64,000 bases of DNA. Source: an uncultured delta proteobacterium (lineage in GTDB: Bacteria; Desulfobacterota; Syntrophia; Syntrophales; UBA5619). Each line of letters starts with the position of its first letter. Positions within the stretch are counted from its first letter, which is position 1. Made by a program: the position numbers and the translations under genes. The DNA lies in contig CAWFOM010000010.1 in assembly GCA_963817385.1 (NCBI GenBank), positions 192,001-256,000 of the forward strand. The letters run 5' to 3'. Positions 21,176 to 32,297 of this stretch are shown here, piece after piece. The notes below the pieces were generated by a model. The model saw nothing but the letters and a program-made list of their open reading frames with translations, made no database searches and was not told the DNA's origin.

Positions 21176-22594
21176 TCAACGCTTCAGCGATTCAATCTCC
21201 TTGATGATTTCTCGCGACCGGATTATCTCCGGTGGAAAATACTTTAATGCGGTCTTAAAATGAAAAAGGGCACTGTCCGGTTTCCCCTTTTTCTTAAAGT
21301 AAAGGCCGAAATAGTAATGCGAATCCCCCATCTGCTTTGCTTTGCCGTACGCCATGGCTAGATTGTAGAAGACCTCCTGGTCGTCCAGATGTTTTTCCTC
21401 GAGCTTCTTGTAAAGTCTGAGCGCATTTGGCAGATCGTCTCGGGATTCGAATGTCCTTCCCAGGTAGAGGATAGTATCGGGGTCGTTTTCATTAAGTCGG
21501 AGTGCACTGTCCAGATAGAGAGAGGCGTTAGTCATTTGTCCAAGTTTGAAGAAGGTGATCCCCAGATCCCGGAGGATGTCTGCATCATCCGGGGCAAGAT
21601 TCAGAGCCTTGCGGAAAGTATCGAGAGACTCCTGCACCATCCCCAGTTTCTCTTGTGTGACTGCCAGACCGTAGAGGGCATCAACATCCCTGGGATTATC
21701 ATCGAGGATCTTTTGGAAATGCTGGAGATTGGACGTTTCGGGACTCTTGCTATCAAGTAGAAGTATCGTCTGAATCCGCTTTAGATGTCCAATGATACTG
21801 TACACACCTTTTCGGGTGTAGGTGGTCTGAATCAAAGCGTCAATATACCTGGTTCTTTCATCAGTACCGGGGTGGGTAAGAAAATATGAGGGTATGGCGT
21901 TAGAGTAGTATTCATATCGTCTCATGATCTTCAGAAAATCGAGCATAGCACTACCGCTATATCCAGCTTTAACAAGGTATGAGATGCCCATTCTATCTGC
22001 GGCCTCCTCCTGTTCTCGGCTATATTTCAGAGAAAGAGTCGTGGCCGTGGCCATCGTGAAGCTAGTTACTGCCGCGGTGACATCACCGCTACCTCCAAGA
22101 AAAGCACCTGCCAGAATGGCTGCAAGCGCAGAGATGCCAATTTTCTGGGATCTGTCGACAATCTCGGCGATGTGCCTGGCGTTGACATGGGCGATTTCAT
22201 GGGCAAGAACACCCGCCAGTTCGCCTTCATCCTCAACAAGGGTAAGCAACCCCTGATTGACATAGACATAACCTCCAGGGGTAGCAAAGGCGTTGATCGC
22301 CGAGCTACGGATGATAGAAAATTTAAAATCAAAAGGCGCCTTGTCGCTGTGAGCAAGGATACGTTCGCCTACCAGACTGAGGAAGGTATTAGCCCGTTCA
22401 TTCTGCGAGAGAGTGTTTGCCTTTTCGAGTTTTTCATAAAATTCCCTGCCCAGCTTTTTTTCATCGTCGAGTGAAAAAGATGCTCTGGCCGTTCCCGCAA
22501 GCAACTCCGCCAGTGAGAAAAGGAAAATAAATATAAACAGAAGTGAAATTGCTAATTTTCTCTTTTGATTAATCGAAATCACATTTATACTCAT
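21176..22594 (-). CDS. M48 family metalloprotease with TPR repeats (BepA/YfgC-like)
   Basis: Signal peptide, INAFATPGG, LAHEIAH (HExxH), YSREQEEAAD, LTHP, C-terminal TPRs. Confidence 0.9.
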   Translation of the reverse strand: MSINVISINQKRKLAISLLFIFIFLFSLAELLAGTARASFSLDDEKKLGREFYEKLEKANTLSQNERANTFLSLVGERILAHSDKAPFDFKFSIIRSSAINAFATPGGYVYVNQGLLTLVEDEGELAGVLAHEIAHVNARHIAEIVDRSQKIGISALAAILAGAFLGGSGDVTAAVTSFTMATATTLSLKYSREQEEAADRMGISYLVKAGYSGSAMLDFLKIMRRYEYYSNAIPSYFLTHPGTDERTRYIDALIQTTYTRKGVYSIIGHLKRIQTILLLDSKSPETSNLQHFQKILDDNPRDVDALYGLAVTQEKLGMVQESLDTFRKALNLAPDDADILRDLGITFFKLGQMTNASLYLDSALRLNENDPDTILYLGRTFESRDDLPNALRLYKKLEEKHLDDQEVFYNLAMAYGKAKQMGDSHYYFGLYFKKKGKPDSALFHFKTALKYFPPEIIRSREIIKEIESLKR

Positions 22595-23019
22595 ATCGTA
22601 AGGGAATACTCTGTAAAAGGCTTCTCTGCCTAATTTCCATGCTAAACATCATATCTTTTTTTCGGTATGCAATCAAGATAACATTCAGACCCGAAACTGC
22701 GTAAAGAGCGGTTATGTTACATCAAGAGAATGATTAGGCAATCCCCATATTGTGTGGTATAGGACCGAGAAGAAAATGAGGGCAAAAAACATTGAAGCGA
22801 GCGTTGATTCACACAAGAAAGATCATGGTGAACTATTACGAAACCGATAAAGAGCGACTGATCATTATACGTACGTGGCGCGAAGATGGCCCTTTTGTAG
22901 ATACAGCACCGAAGTGCCGCGGAACACGAAAGGAGACGTAGAGGAACGAGGGAGGATCCGCTATAACGAAAATCTCCTTCCTGAAAAAATTGATGAAACC
23001 CTTGAAAGGAAATTCGTTC

Positions 23020-23697
23020 ATGAACAATAAGCCAGTCATAACCATAGACGGTCCAGCGGGAGCAGGTAAAAGCACGATAAGTCGACAGCTTGCGGAACGT
23101 CTTTGCTTTATCTATCTGGACACTGGCGCTCTTTATCGGGCAGTGGCATTCAAGCTCATCCGCCGGGGTTTTTCGGGAAATGAAATGCAAATCAATAGTC
23201 TTTACCAGGATATGAAGGTAACTTTTAAAAAAAGGGAAGACCAACTCCATGTATTCGTAGACGACGAGGATGTAACCGGAAAACTCCGGACAGAGGAGAT
23301 CGGCCTTCTGGCGTCGAGGGTTTCTGCCATGCCGGTGGTTCGCGAAGCGCTTTTGTCAGTGCAACGCGATATAGCCAAAGACGGAGGGGTAGTGGCTGAA
23401 GGCCGGGATATGGGAACAATCGTCTTTCCGGATGCGGAGATCAAATTTTTTCTCGATGCATCCGTTAAAGAAAGGGCTGGAAGGCGACATCGTGAATTGC
23501 TCGGACGGGGCGAGTTAACCTGCCTTCGGAATGTAGAAAACGACATACTCCTCCGGGATCGTCAGGACCGGGAGCGCTCCATTGCCCCACTCCGTCCATC
23601 TCATGATGCGGTAGTAATCGATTCCACGGATAAAACAATTTCACAAGTAATCGATATCATGATGGGTATCATAGATAATATCTGGCATGATCATTAA
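23020..23697 (+). CDS. cmk: Cytidylate kinase
   Basis: ITIDGPAGAGKST, YLDTGALYR, EGRDMGTIVFPDA; upstream of rpsA. Confidence 0.95.
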   Translation: MNNKPVITIDGPAGAGKSTISRQLAERLCFIYLDTGALYRAVAFKLIRRGFSGNEMQINSLYQDMKVTFKKREDQLHVFVDDEDVTGKLRTEEIGLLASRVSAMPVVREALLSVQRDIAKDGGVVAEGRDMGTIVFPDAEIKFFLDASVKERAGRRHRELLGRGELTCLRNVENDILLRDRQDRERSIAPLRPSHDAVVIDSTDKTISQVIDIMMGIIDNIWHDH

Positions 23698-23829
23698 TGG
23701 CAAAAATGGCAAAGAAAAGACTATAAATACTGCGCATTTTTACCTGAATTTGCTTGATATTTTAAAATCAGTGTGTTAGATGCATCTTCTATTTAGTAAA
23801 ACATAAAAATTACAGGGGGTATTGGTTTA

Positions 23830-25599
23830 ATGGTTAACGATGACAACTTAATCTCAGATCAAAATGCAAGTAAGACAACCAATGTTGAACAGACGGAGAA
23901 CCCTTCCCATGATTCGTCACAGGGGAAGGATGAAAATGTAGAATTCAAGGAGCTTTACGAACAGAGCCTACAGTCCGTTCAAATGGGCGGTGTTTTAACC
24001 GGTAGGGTTGTACAGATAAATGCTGACTCCGTTATGGTCGATGTCGGCTGGAAAACGGAAGGATATATTCCGGCAAGAGAATTAAGGGATGAGCAGGGAA
24101 ATATCACTGTCAATGTCGGCGATGAGATCGAGATTCTCGTTGATCGCAGAGATCAGGATGGGAACCTCATTTTGTCAAGAGACAAAGCTGCCAAAATCAA
24201 GATTTGGGATGATGTGAAATCGGCCTGTGAGCAGAATACCCCCGTTAACGGAATCGTGATCGAAAGGGTGAAGGGAGGGCTGTCTGTTGATATCGGTATC
24301 CCCGCTTTTCTCCCCGGCTCTCAGGTGGATATCCGTCCGGTGCGAGATCTGGACCGGTATGTAGGACAGTCGTTTCTGTTCAATGTCCTCAAGTACGACC
24401 GGAAGAGAAATAATGTCGTACTGTCGAGGCGGACCATTCTGGAAAAGGAACGTGAAGCCGAAAAACACGATACACTTAAGAATATAGAAGAGGGGAAAAT
24501 CGTTGAAGGTGTGATCAAGAACATTACCGACTATGGTCTGTTCATTGATCTGGGCGGAATCGACGGACTGCTTCATGTGACTGACATCTCTTGGGGGAGG
24601 ATTACGCGTCCTTCCGATCATTTTTCCAAGGGAGAAAAGATCAGGGTCAAAGTGCTGTCGTTCGACCGTGAAAAGGAGCGGGTCGCCCTTGGCCTCAAAC
24701 AATTGTCGTCAAACCCATGGGAGACGATCAAGGAAAAATACCCCATTAATTCAGTCGTTGAGGGGAAAGTCGTCAATCTAACTGACTACGGTGTTTTTGT
24801 GGAAATTGAGCCGGGGGTGGAAGGTCTGATCCATGTCTCCGAGATGTTCTGGACAAGAGAAATCCGACACCCCTCCAAAGTGTTGTCAGTTGACCAGAAG
24901 ATCAACGTCATGATCCTCGATATCAATATCGATACGAAACGCATTTCCCTTGGTCTGAAACAGACCACGGCGAATCCATGGGAAACCCTGAAGCAGAAGT
25001 ATCCGGAAGGGAGTGTTATCAAGGGAATCATAAGAAATATCACTAATTTCGGTATATTCGTGGGTGTGGAAGAAGGAATAGACGGCCTCATTCATATGTC
25101 CGACATTTCTTGGAAACAGCGAGTTAAGCACCCTTCCGAGATGTTTAAGAAAGGTCAGGAAATCGAGGTGATGGTACTCAACATCGATGTTGAGCATGAA
25201 AAGTTTTCTCTCGGTCTCAAGCAAATCGAAAAAAATCCATGGGAGGAGCTGAGTGTCAAATATCCATCCGGATCGATTGTAACGGGCAAGGTAACGAACA
25301 TTACGGACTTCGGGATCTTCGTTGAAATTGAAGAGGGCATCGAAGGCCTCGTCCATATATCCGAATTAAGTTCGAGACGGGTAAAATCGTCAGCAGAATT
25401 GTTCTCCGTAGGAGATAGCGTGTCTGCCATCGTGAAAAACGTCGATCCAAAGAGCCGAAAAATTCGTCTGAGCATCAAGGATTACGAAGCAGGTTCGGAA
25501 GGAACCTCTGTCCATCAGTACCTCAACAACAAGGAAAATATCGGGTCCAATCTAAGCAAGGCGCTGGCCGATGTCAAGATCATGGATACGGATGAATAG
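23830..25599 (+). CDS. rpsA: 30S ribosomal protein S1
   Basis: Six S1 repeats (AFLPGSQVD, DGLLHVTDISW, EGLIHVSEM, EGLVHISEL). Confidence 0.97.
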   Translation: MVNDDNLISDQNASKTTNVEQTENPSHDSSQGKDENVEFKELYEQSLQSVQMGGVLTGRVVQINADSVMVDVGWKTEGYIPARELRDEQGNITVNVGDEIEILVDRRDQDGNLILSRDKAAKIKIWDDVKSACEQNTPVNGIVIERVKGGLSVDIGIPAFLPGSQVDIRPVRDLDRYVGQSFLFNVLKYDRKRNNVVLSRRTILEKEREAEKHDTLKNIEEGKIVEGVIKNITDYGLFIDLGGIDGLLHVTDISWGRITRPSDHFSKGEKIRVKVLSFDREKERVALGLKQLSSNPWETIKEKYPINSVVEGKVVNLTDYGVFVEIEPGVEGLIHVSEMFWTREIRHPSKVLSVDQKINVMILDINIDTKRISLGLKQTTANPWETLKQKYPEGSVIKGIIRNITNFGIFVGVEEGIDGLIHMSDISWKQRVKHPSEMFKKGQEIEVMVLNIDVEHEKFSLGLKQIEKNPWEELSVKYPSGSIVTGKVTNITDFGIFVEIEEGIEGLVHISELSSRRVKSSAELFSVGDSVSAIVKNVDPKSRKIRLSIKDYEAGSEGTSVHQYLNNKENIGSNLSKALADVKIMDTDE

Positions 25600-25617
25600 A
25601 TAGTCTGAGATCAGGCC

Positions 25618-26505
25618 ATGCGAAGACACCCCGTCATTTTAGGGATCTGTATATTGCTCTTTATCGGGATCGTCTTTTTTATTCTGCTATATGTACTGGA
25701 TTTATTCAAAGGAACGGGAAGCTCCTTACGCCTTCGCGAAAAAATCGGTGTGGTCCAGATAGAAGGAATCATCGCAGATACCCGAGAAATTATTGATCAG
25801 CTTGACGAGTTTTCCAATGATGACGCTATACGGGCAGTTGTCTTGAGGATTGATTCGCCGGGCGGTGGTGTTGCACCCTCACAGGAAATCTACCAAGCTG
25901 TGCATGAGCTGAGGAAAAAGAAGAGGGTGGTGGCATCTATGGGATCCGTAGCGGCTTCGGGTGGATACCTGATTGCCACTGCCACAGAAAAGATTATTGC
26001 AAACCCCGGGACCATCACTGGTAGCATCTCAGCAGTTATGCATTTTGCAGATATCCAGGAACTTATGAAGAAGGTCGGTGTCCGATCATCTGTCGTCAAA
26101 AGCGGAAAATTCAAAGATATCGGTTCCCCTGCCCGGGAAATGACGACCGAGGAGCGGCAACTGATTCAAGGAATTGTAAATGACATCTACGATCAGTTTG
26201 TTCAGACGATCGCTGAAAACCGAAAAATTCCTCTCGAAAAAATCCACGAGATAGCCGATGGAAGAATCTTTTCCGGACGGCAGGCCCTAAATCTGAAACT
26301 TGTAGATGAACTGGGAGGGCTTCAGGATTCCATTCTTCTAGCAGGCAGATTATCGGGGATTAAGGGGAAACCTGACGTTATTTATGCTACGAAGAAAAAA
26401 ACAAGCCTTTTAAAATTTATCATGGAAAACCTAGCATCCGTCGTATCGGGAGAAATACGAAGCAGTTCATCAGAGTCACAGGGCGCATTGTTTCTTTTAC
26501 AATAG
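25618..26505 (+). CDS. sppA: Signal peptide peptidase SppA (36K type)
   Basis: LRIDSPGG, AASGGY, TGSI, KSGKFKD, DGRIFSG; follows rpsA. Confidence 0.92.
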   Translation: MRRHPVILGICILLFIGIVFFILLYVLDLFKGTGSSLRLREKIGVVQIEGIIADTREIIDQLDEFSNDDAIRAVVLRIDSPGGGVAPSQEIYQAVHELRKKKRVVASMGSVAASGGYLIATATEKIIANPGTITGSISAVMHFADIQELMKKVGVRSSVVKSGKFKDIGSPAREMTTEERQLIQGIVNDIYDQFVQTIAENRKIPLEKIHEIADGRIFSGRQALNLKLVDELGGLQDSILLAGRLSGIKGKPDVIYATKKKTSLLKFIMENLASVVSGEIRSSSSESQGALFLLQ

Positions 26506-26514
26506 TAGCAGATC

Positions 26515-26760
26515 ATGACCAATAGCGAATGCATCAGTAATACGAAGGAACTTTTTCGGATTATCCCGGTATGATGTTAAGCTTACCGCAAATACCTTTT
26601 TTCTGCATTCGCGTATAATATCATGAACGGCAAGGCAAAGAAAAAGACATGGGTCGATTTTAGAATCTTGACACTTCAGATGAAGGCGTCGTAAAGCGTC
26701 CAGGAATCCCAAAGCCGGTCGACAGGTCGATCACATACCAAAGCGGTCAGATTCGTTGCA
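26515..26760 (+). pseudogene. ihfB: Heavily decayed integration host factor beta remnant
   Basis: MTNSECI at 26515 (cf. MTKSELI); DVKLTANTFF and RRKASRNPKAGRQVDHIPKR in shifted frames; sits at the usual rpsA-sppA-ihfB position. Confidence 0.55.
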
Positions 26761-26793
26761 GTTCAGTTTTAATGGGAGGTTGAACATTCCATC

Positions 26794-27561
26794 ATGGCAT
26801 ACCGAACGATTCTGGTAGAAAAGTGTGATGGATATTCAATAGTCACGATGCATCGTCCCCGTGAAATGAATGCTCTGTCTTTCGAGATGCGCACTGAGCT
26901 GGAGGATTGTTTCGCCAGCCTGGAAGATAACAAGGACGTTCGCGTTATCATTTTGACCGGAGGGGATTATGTATTCTCCGCAGGAATGGACCTCAAAGAG
27001 ATGTCAACACTCCCCGATGCGGACATCAACGATTTTTTCCGTTCGGTTACCAAGTATATGAAAAGGATCTATAACTGCAAAAAGCCCGTCATTGCCGCTG
27101 TAGGTGGTATTGCACTCGGCGGAGGGTTTAATCTTGTAACCTTCTGCGATCTGATCGTCGCATCGGAAAGCGCCATATTTGGTCATCCCGAGTTGATTTT
27201 CGGCCTTAATCCTCTGTTCAATCCTCTTCGGCAGATAGTGGGAGTTGCTAAGGCAAAAGAGATTACAATGTTAGGTCAACCAATCGGCGCCAAGGAGGCG
27301 CTCCGTATCGGTCTCGTCAACAAGGTTGCCACGCCCGAGAATTTGATGGTTGAGGCTAAGTCTATCGCCCAGGAGCTTGCAAAAAGGTCACCAAAAGCCA
27401 TAGAGGCCATCAAAAGGATTTCCGATATAGCTCCTCGCCTTGATAAGGGTTCTGCGCTTGATCTTGAGCAGGACGTGGAGGCGCTCCTTTTTTCCAGTGA
27501 AGATAGAAAGGAGCATATGAATGACTTTATGAAAGCGCTGAAAAACAGAAAAAGCAAATAG
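26794..27561 (+). CDS. Enoyl-CoA hydratase/isomerase (crotonase) family protein
   Basis: MNALS, FSAGMDL, KPVIAAVGGIALGGG, FGHPE, EALRIGLVN. Confidence 0.9.
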   Translation: MAYRTILVEKCDGYSIVTMHRPREMNALSFEMRTELEDCFASLEDNKDVRVIILTGGDYVFSAGMDLKEMSTLPDADINDFFRSVTKYMKRIYNCKKPVIAAVGGIALGGGFNLVTFCDLIVASESAIFGHPELIFGLNPLFNPLRQIVGVAKAKEITMLGQPIGAKEALRIGLVNKVATPENLMVEAKSIAQELAKRSPKAIEAIKRISDIAPRLDKGSALDLEQDVEALLFSSEDRKEHMNDFMKALKNRKSK

Positions 27562-27612
27562 AAACCACGATCGCCCTGTAGCAATCTTCATATCTATACG
27601 GGGAAAGGCAAG

Positions 27613-27897
27613 TCAAATCATATCCCACTCATTGTCGGGTGATGCAAAATCACGCAACTGATCTCTTCTCTTTTTGTGCTGCAACTTTTTGAGCGCCTTT
27701 GCCTCGATCTGTCTTATTCTTTCTCGGGTTACCCCCATCATTTCACCAACTTCTTCAAGGGTAAAGGGGCCAAAATTACAGGCAACCCATGTGCAATTGA
27801 AAAAAGATTCGTTCTTCAGGCGCCACTCACAGGTCGTATCCTGACAGATTTCGGTTATAAAATAGCCCCTTTTCTTGCATTTATAAAGAGTATTCAA
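27613..27897 (-). CDS. Small stand-alone sigma-70 region 4 protein with Cys-rich N-terminus
   Basis: [31 protein letters not shown]...LRDF matches RpoD region 4.2; five Cys in the first 38 aa; TTG start with AAGGAG RBS. Confidence 0.8.
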   Translation of the reverse strand: MNTLYKCKKRGYFITEICQDTTCEWRLKNESFFNCTWVACNFGPFTLEEVGEMMGVTRERIRQIEAKALKKLQHKKRRDQLRDFASPDNEWDMI

Positions 27898-27991
27898 AGA
27901 TCCGTCTCCTTTATTATTTCAAGTATTGTAAAGTATGAATCGTTCCTTTGTTTGTCAATGATAAAAAAAACCGGAAGAAAACCCATTTGAA

Positions 27992-28222
27992 ACCGCCCCA
28001 TCCGGACCAGGAGAGCTCCCGGGCAATCGGATTGCTCGAAACGGCGGCAAAAAGGTTCGTCTGGCGGTTCAGTTTTCGGTGCATTTGAGGTCCCTGATTT
28101 GCTGTGTGCTCAATGATAGCAAACTCTTGTGAAAGGACCCTAGCTGATTGCACCGAATATTCCAACCCCCAAATCGCTCTTTTGTGATATTTCTTAAACA
28201 GTTACAGTTTCCGGATGGAACT
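27992..28222 (-). mobile_element. Internally deleted IS remnant (ISNCY/IS5-like transposase N-terminus)
   Basis: Imperfect inverted repeats CCATCCGGA (27998) and TCCGGATGG (~28210) flank a short ORF start MHRKLNRQTNLFAAVSSNPIAREL from ATG 28084. Confidence 0.45.
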
Positions 28223-28336
28223 GATTATCAATCAATTTGTCTTATAATGAGGACTTGCGTACAAGACAGAAACCGAAGACATATTTTGGGTTTCTCTCGT
28301 TTATGCTCATTGTTTTTTCGGTGACGGCGTTCTTCA

Positions 28337-31300
28337 TCACAGCATCCTCTCGATTTCACCCATCCGGGCATCGATTCGCTTGCGCGAAACGGGGATGGCG
28401 GTCTTGAGCTCCTGGGCGAAGAGCGAGACCTTGTACTCCTCGATCATCCAGGCGAATTCTTCCAGTGCCTGGCGCTTCTCCCCGGAGGCGTAAGGAGGGA
28501 GACTCCGGAACATCTCGTCGCGCCACTCGGCAAGCTTATGGATTTCCTTCCCCCGTTCGATGGCCTTCTCCAGGTGAACGGCGCCCCGCTCCGCGCGGAT
28601 GGTGAGGGCGCGCAGATACCGGACGATGTGGTTCAGGCGTTCCTCGTCATGGCGGATGAGAAAATCGGTGGGGAGAAGCCGGGAGAGTTCAGCCCGAAGT
28701 TCCGCCAGGAAGGAGAGAACCGGCCGGTTCCCGCTGTTGGCGCTCTCCAGGATGCGAAGCTGCTCCGTCGCCTCGTAAAGAGCCTTCAGCGGCGGTCCGG
28801 CCAGACCGGACGACCGCCTGCCCCCGGGGAAGGATCTGCGGGCGGACCTTGTCGGCGTGGGCCTCGAAAGCCGCCCGGGTACGGATGTCCGCGGCGAAGA
28901 GATCGTGCATTACCTTTTCCAGAAAGGCGATCTCCAGTGGCTTCACACCCCCGAAGGCCGCCGCCCAGAGCTTGAGCTCGCCCGCAGGGGCGATCCCCTT
29001 GCGCAGGTGCTTCATCTCATCACGGAAGCGAATCGCCAGGAGCGCCTTCACCCCCTGGCGATGGGCGCATCGGGCCTCGGGTTCGGACTGGAAAAGCCGG
29101 ATGCCGATCCCTGTCTCCGAGACGGCCAGGGCGGGAAAGGCGAGGGGGGCATGGTGGCCGCCCACGTTCAGGGTGACCCGCTCCGGCAGGTCCCCGAAGT
29201 CCCATTCAGTCAGGCCCGATTTCTCCCAGGTCAGCCGGGCCTTCGCAAAGGCCTGCGATTCCTGCTCCCCGACGAACTCCTGTCTGAGGACGCCGATGTC
29301 GCGCCCCGCGGCCAGTTCCCGACCCCTTGCCGTCCACAACGGCATAGCGCAGCTTCAGATGCTCTTCCAGCTCCTCCACGGGCCAGAGGTTCGCCGGGAT
29401 ATCGACCCCGTATGTCTTGAAGATAAAGCGGCCGAGGGCGGTGGGAAGAGGCCCCTCCTGCGTCATCTCCCGCAGGATGACATCGCAGGTCTGGTTGAGC
29501 GGCTGGAGCCTCTTGCGGTACTCCTTGGGGAGACCCCGCAGGAGAGCCATGACCTTCTCCCGGAGGAGCCCGGGAACCGCCCAATCCAGTGTATCGGCCG
29601 GGAGGGAGGGGATCGCCTGAACGGGGATCTTCAGGGTGATGCCGTCCAGGGGTTTCCCGGGTTCGAAGCGATAGACGAAAGGAAGACGCCAGCCTCCTGT
29701 GGAAACGGCTTCGGGATACAGGGCGATCTCTTCCGGATCGGGCTTCTTGACCAGCAGATCCTCTTCGCTCATCCGCAGAAAGGCGTCATCTCCCTTATCG
29801 CGGATCAGGCGTTGCAGCGTCCGGATATCGAAGATCCCGGGGAGCCGCTTTTCGTAGAACTGCGCCATCTCCTCCTCGCCGATGAGGAGGTCGTGGCGGC
29901 GGACCTTCTCCTCCATACCGGTGATCTTTTCGATCAGCGCCTGGTTGTGGATAAGGAAGGGGAGGGGACGCTTGATCTCTCCCTCGACGAGGGCGCTGCG
30001 GACGAAGATCCGGGAGGCCTCTTCAGGATCGATCCGGCCGAAGGAGACGGACCGGCCGGGGACGATGACGAGGCCGAAGAGGGTGACCTGTTCGGAGGCA
30101 ACGACTTCGCCGCGGTCCTTCTCCCAGTGCGGAGCGGAGTAGGTCCGGCGGCAGAGGTGGCCGCCGAGTTCCTCCAGCCAGCCGCTCTCGATGTTCGCCA
30201 CGCTCCGGGCGAAGAGGCGGGAGGTCTCGACCATCTCCGCCGCGACGATCCAGTTGCCGCCCCGGTTGAAGAGGCCGGAGCCGGGAAAGATCATCGCCTG
30301 CCGTCCCTGAGTGGCCGTGTAGAGGTTCTTCTCCTTCTTCACGGCGATGTGGCCGAGAAAGCCGCTCAGGATGGAACGGTGCATGGCCGCATAGAGATCG
30401 GCTCCCTCCTTTTTTGGCACCTGCTTTTGCTACCGCGGCGCTCTTGTGCGGGAGGAACTTCTGTTCGGCGAGGATCGTGAGGATCTGGTCATGGATGTCC
30501 CGCCATTCCCGCACCCGCCGGTAAGAGAGAAAATGGTCCCGGCAGAACTTGCGGAGCGCGGTTTCCGTTTTCGGGGATGCGCCGCGGCTGTGGCAGCGTC
30601 GCCAGATATTGAGGAGGGCCGAGAAGTCGGAAGCGGGGTCCTTGAACCGGGCGTGCGCCTGATCGGCCTGCGCCTCCTTGTCCGCCGGTCTCTCCCGCGG
30701 ATCCTGGATGGCGAGGGCCGCGGCGATGATCGTCACCTCCGGGAGGCACTCCTCCTTTCGGGCTTCGATGATCATCCGCGCTATCCGCGGATCGAGGGGG
30801 AGCCTCGCCATGATCCTCCCCCGCTCCGTCAGCCGCCAGGGATGGGTAGGACCGCGCTCATCCTTGTCTTCCGGTTCTATGGCGCCGAGCTCCAGGAGGA
30901 TCTCGATCCCGTCCCGGATGCTCTTCTGCGAGGGACGGTCGATGAAGGGAAAGGCGTCGATGTCGCCGAGGTTGAGGGCGAGCATCCGGAGGATCACGCC
31001 CGCCAGGTTGGAGCGGAGGATCTCCGGCGGCGTGTAGAGGGGGCGGCCGAGGTACTCTTCCTCCCCGTAGAGGCGTATGCAGATCCCGTTCTGGACGCGG
31101 CCGCAGCGGCCTTTGCGCTGATCGGCGCTGCTTCGGGAGATCGTCCGGACGGGAAGGCCCGCCGTCCGGGAGCGGGGATTGTACTGGGCGATCCGGGCCA
31201 GTCCCGTATCGATCACGTATCTGATCCCGGGGATCGTGATCGACGTCTCCGCCACGTTGGTCGCGACGACGATCTTCCGAGCCGTGAGCGGCCGGAAGAC

Positions 31301-32159
31301 CCGCTGCTGCTCTGCTGCGGTGAGACGCGAGAAGAGGGGGAGAATCGCCGCCTCTTCCCGGAGGCGCCCGTTAAGGAGACGCGCAGGTCTCGCGGATGTC
31401 CTGTTCCGTCGGCATGAAGATCAGGATGTCCCCCTGCTCGCGTCTGGCAATCAACTCGTCGACCGCGCGGACGGCCGCCTCGACGGGGGTGATCTCGCCC
31501 TTCTCTTCAAGTTTGGGGTCGAGGGGCTGATAGCGGACCTCGACGGGGTAGAGCCGTCCCGAGACTTCGATGATCGGGGCGTCGCCGAAGGCCTTCGAGA
31601 ATTTCTCCGTATCGATGGTCGCCGAGGTGATGACGACGTGGAGATCGCGCCGCCGGACGAGGAGGCCCTTCAGGATGCCCAGGATGAAGTCGATGTTGAG
31701 GCTCCGCTCATGGGCCTCGTCCACGATGATCGTGTCGTAGGCGCGAAGCAGGGGATCGTGATGGGTCTCCATGAGGAGGATCCCGTCGGTCATGATCTTG
31801 AAGAAGGCGTCGCGCGGGGTCTTGTCGTCGAAGCGGATCTTGTAGCCGACCGAACGGCCGATCTCTTCGCCCAGCTCTTCGGCGATCCTCCGGGCGACGG
31901 TGGTCGCCGCGATCCTCCGGGGCTGCGTGCAGCCGATGAGTCCGGTAAGCCCCCGGCCGGCCTCCAGGCACATCTTCGGGATCTGGGTGGTCTTCCCGGA
32001 GCCCGTCTCCCCGGTGATAACGACGACGGGGTGTTTCCGGATTGCCGCCACGATCTCATCCTTCCGCGCCATGATCGGCAGGGCAGTGGGATAGGCAAGG
32101 CGGGGCAGACGCGCGCGTCGTTCCGCGATCTTTTTCTTCTGCGCATCGGATCCGGACAA
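28337..32159 (-). CDS. hrpA: ATP-dependent RNA helicase HrpA, split by about four frameshifts (~31380, ~30420, ~29325, ~28800)
   Basis: [47 protein letters not shown]2/OB-fold region and C-terminal [17 protein letters not shown] in consecutive frames. Confidence 0.9.
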
Positions 32160-32297
32160 ATTGCGGCCTCTCTGTTTATAGTGATCACAACTGGCAGGAT
32201 ATTACTCATCATGAGTGTGGATGTCAAAGGTTCTCCGATTGCTTTCTCCGGCATGTTCCGTTATATTTGAACCAGAGATTATCTTTCTTACGGTGAG

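Noticed and set aside
28849..32270. Long + strand ORFs (543, 323, 363 aa)
   Set aside because: Antisense shadows of GC-rich hrpA with no recognisable motifs.
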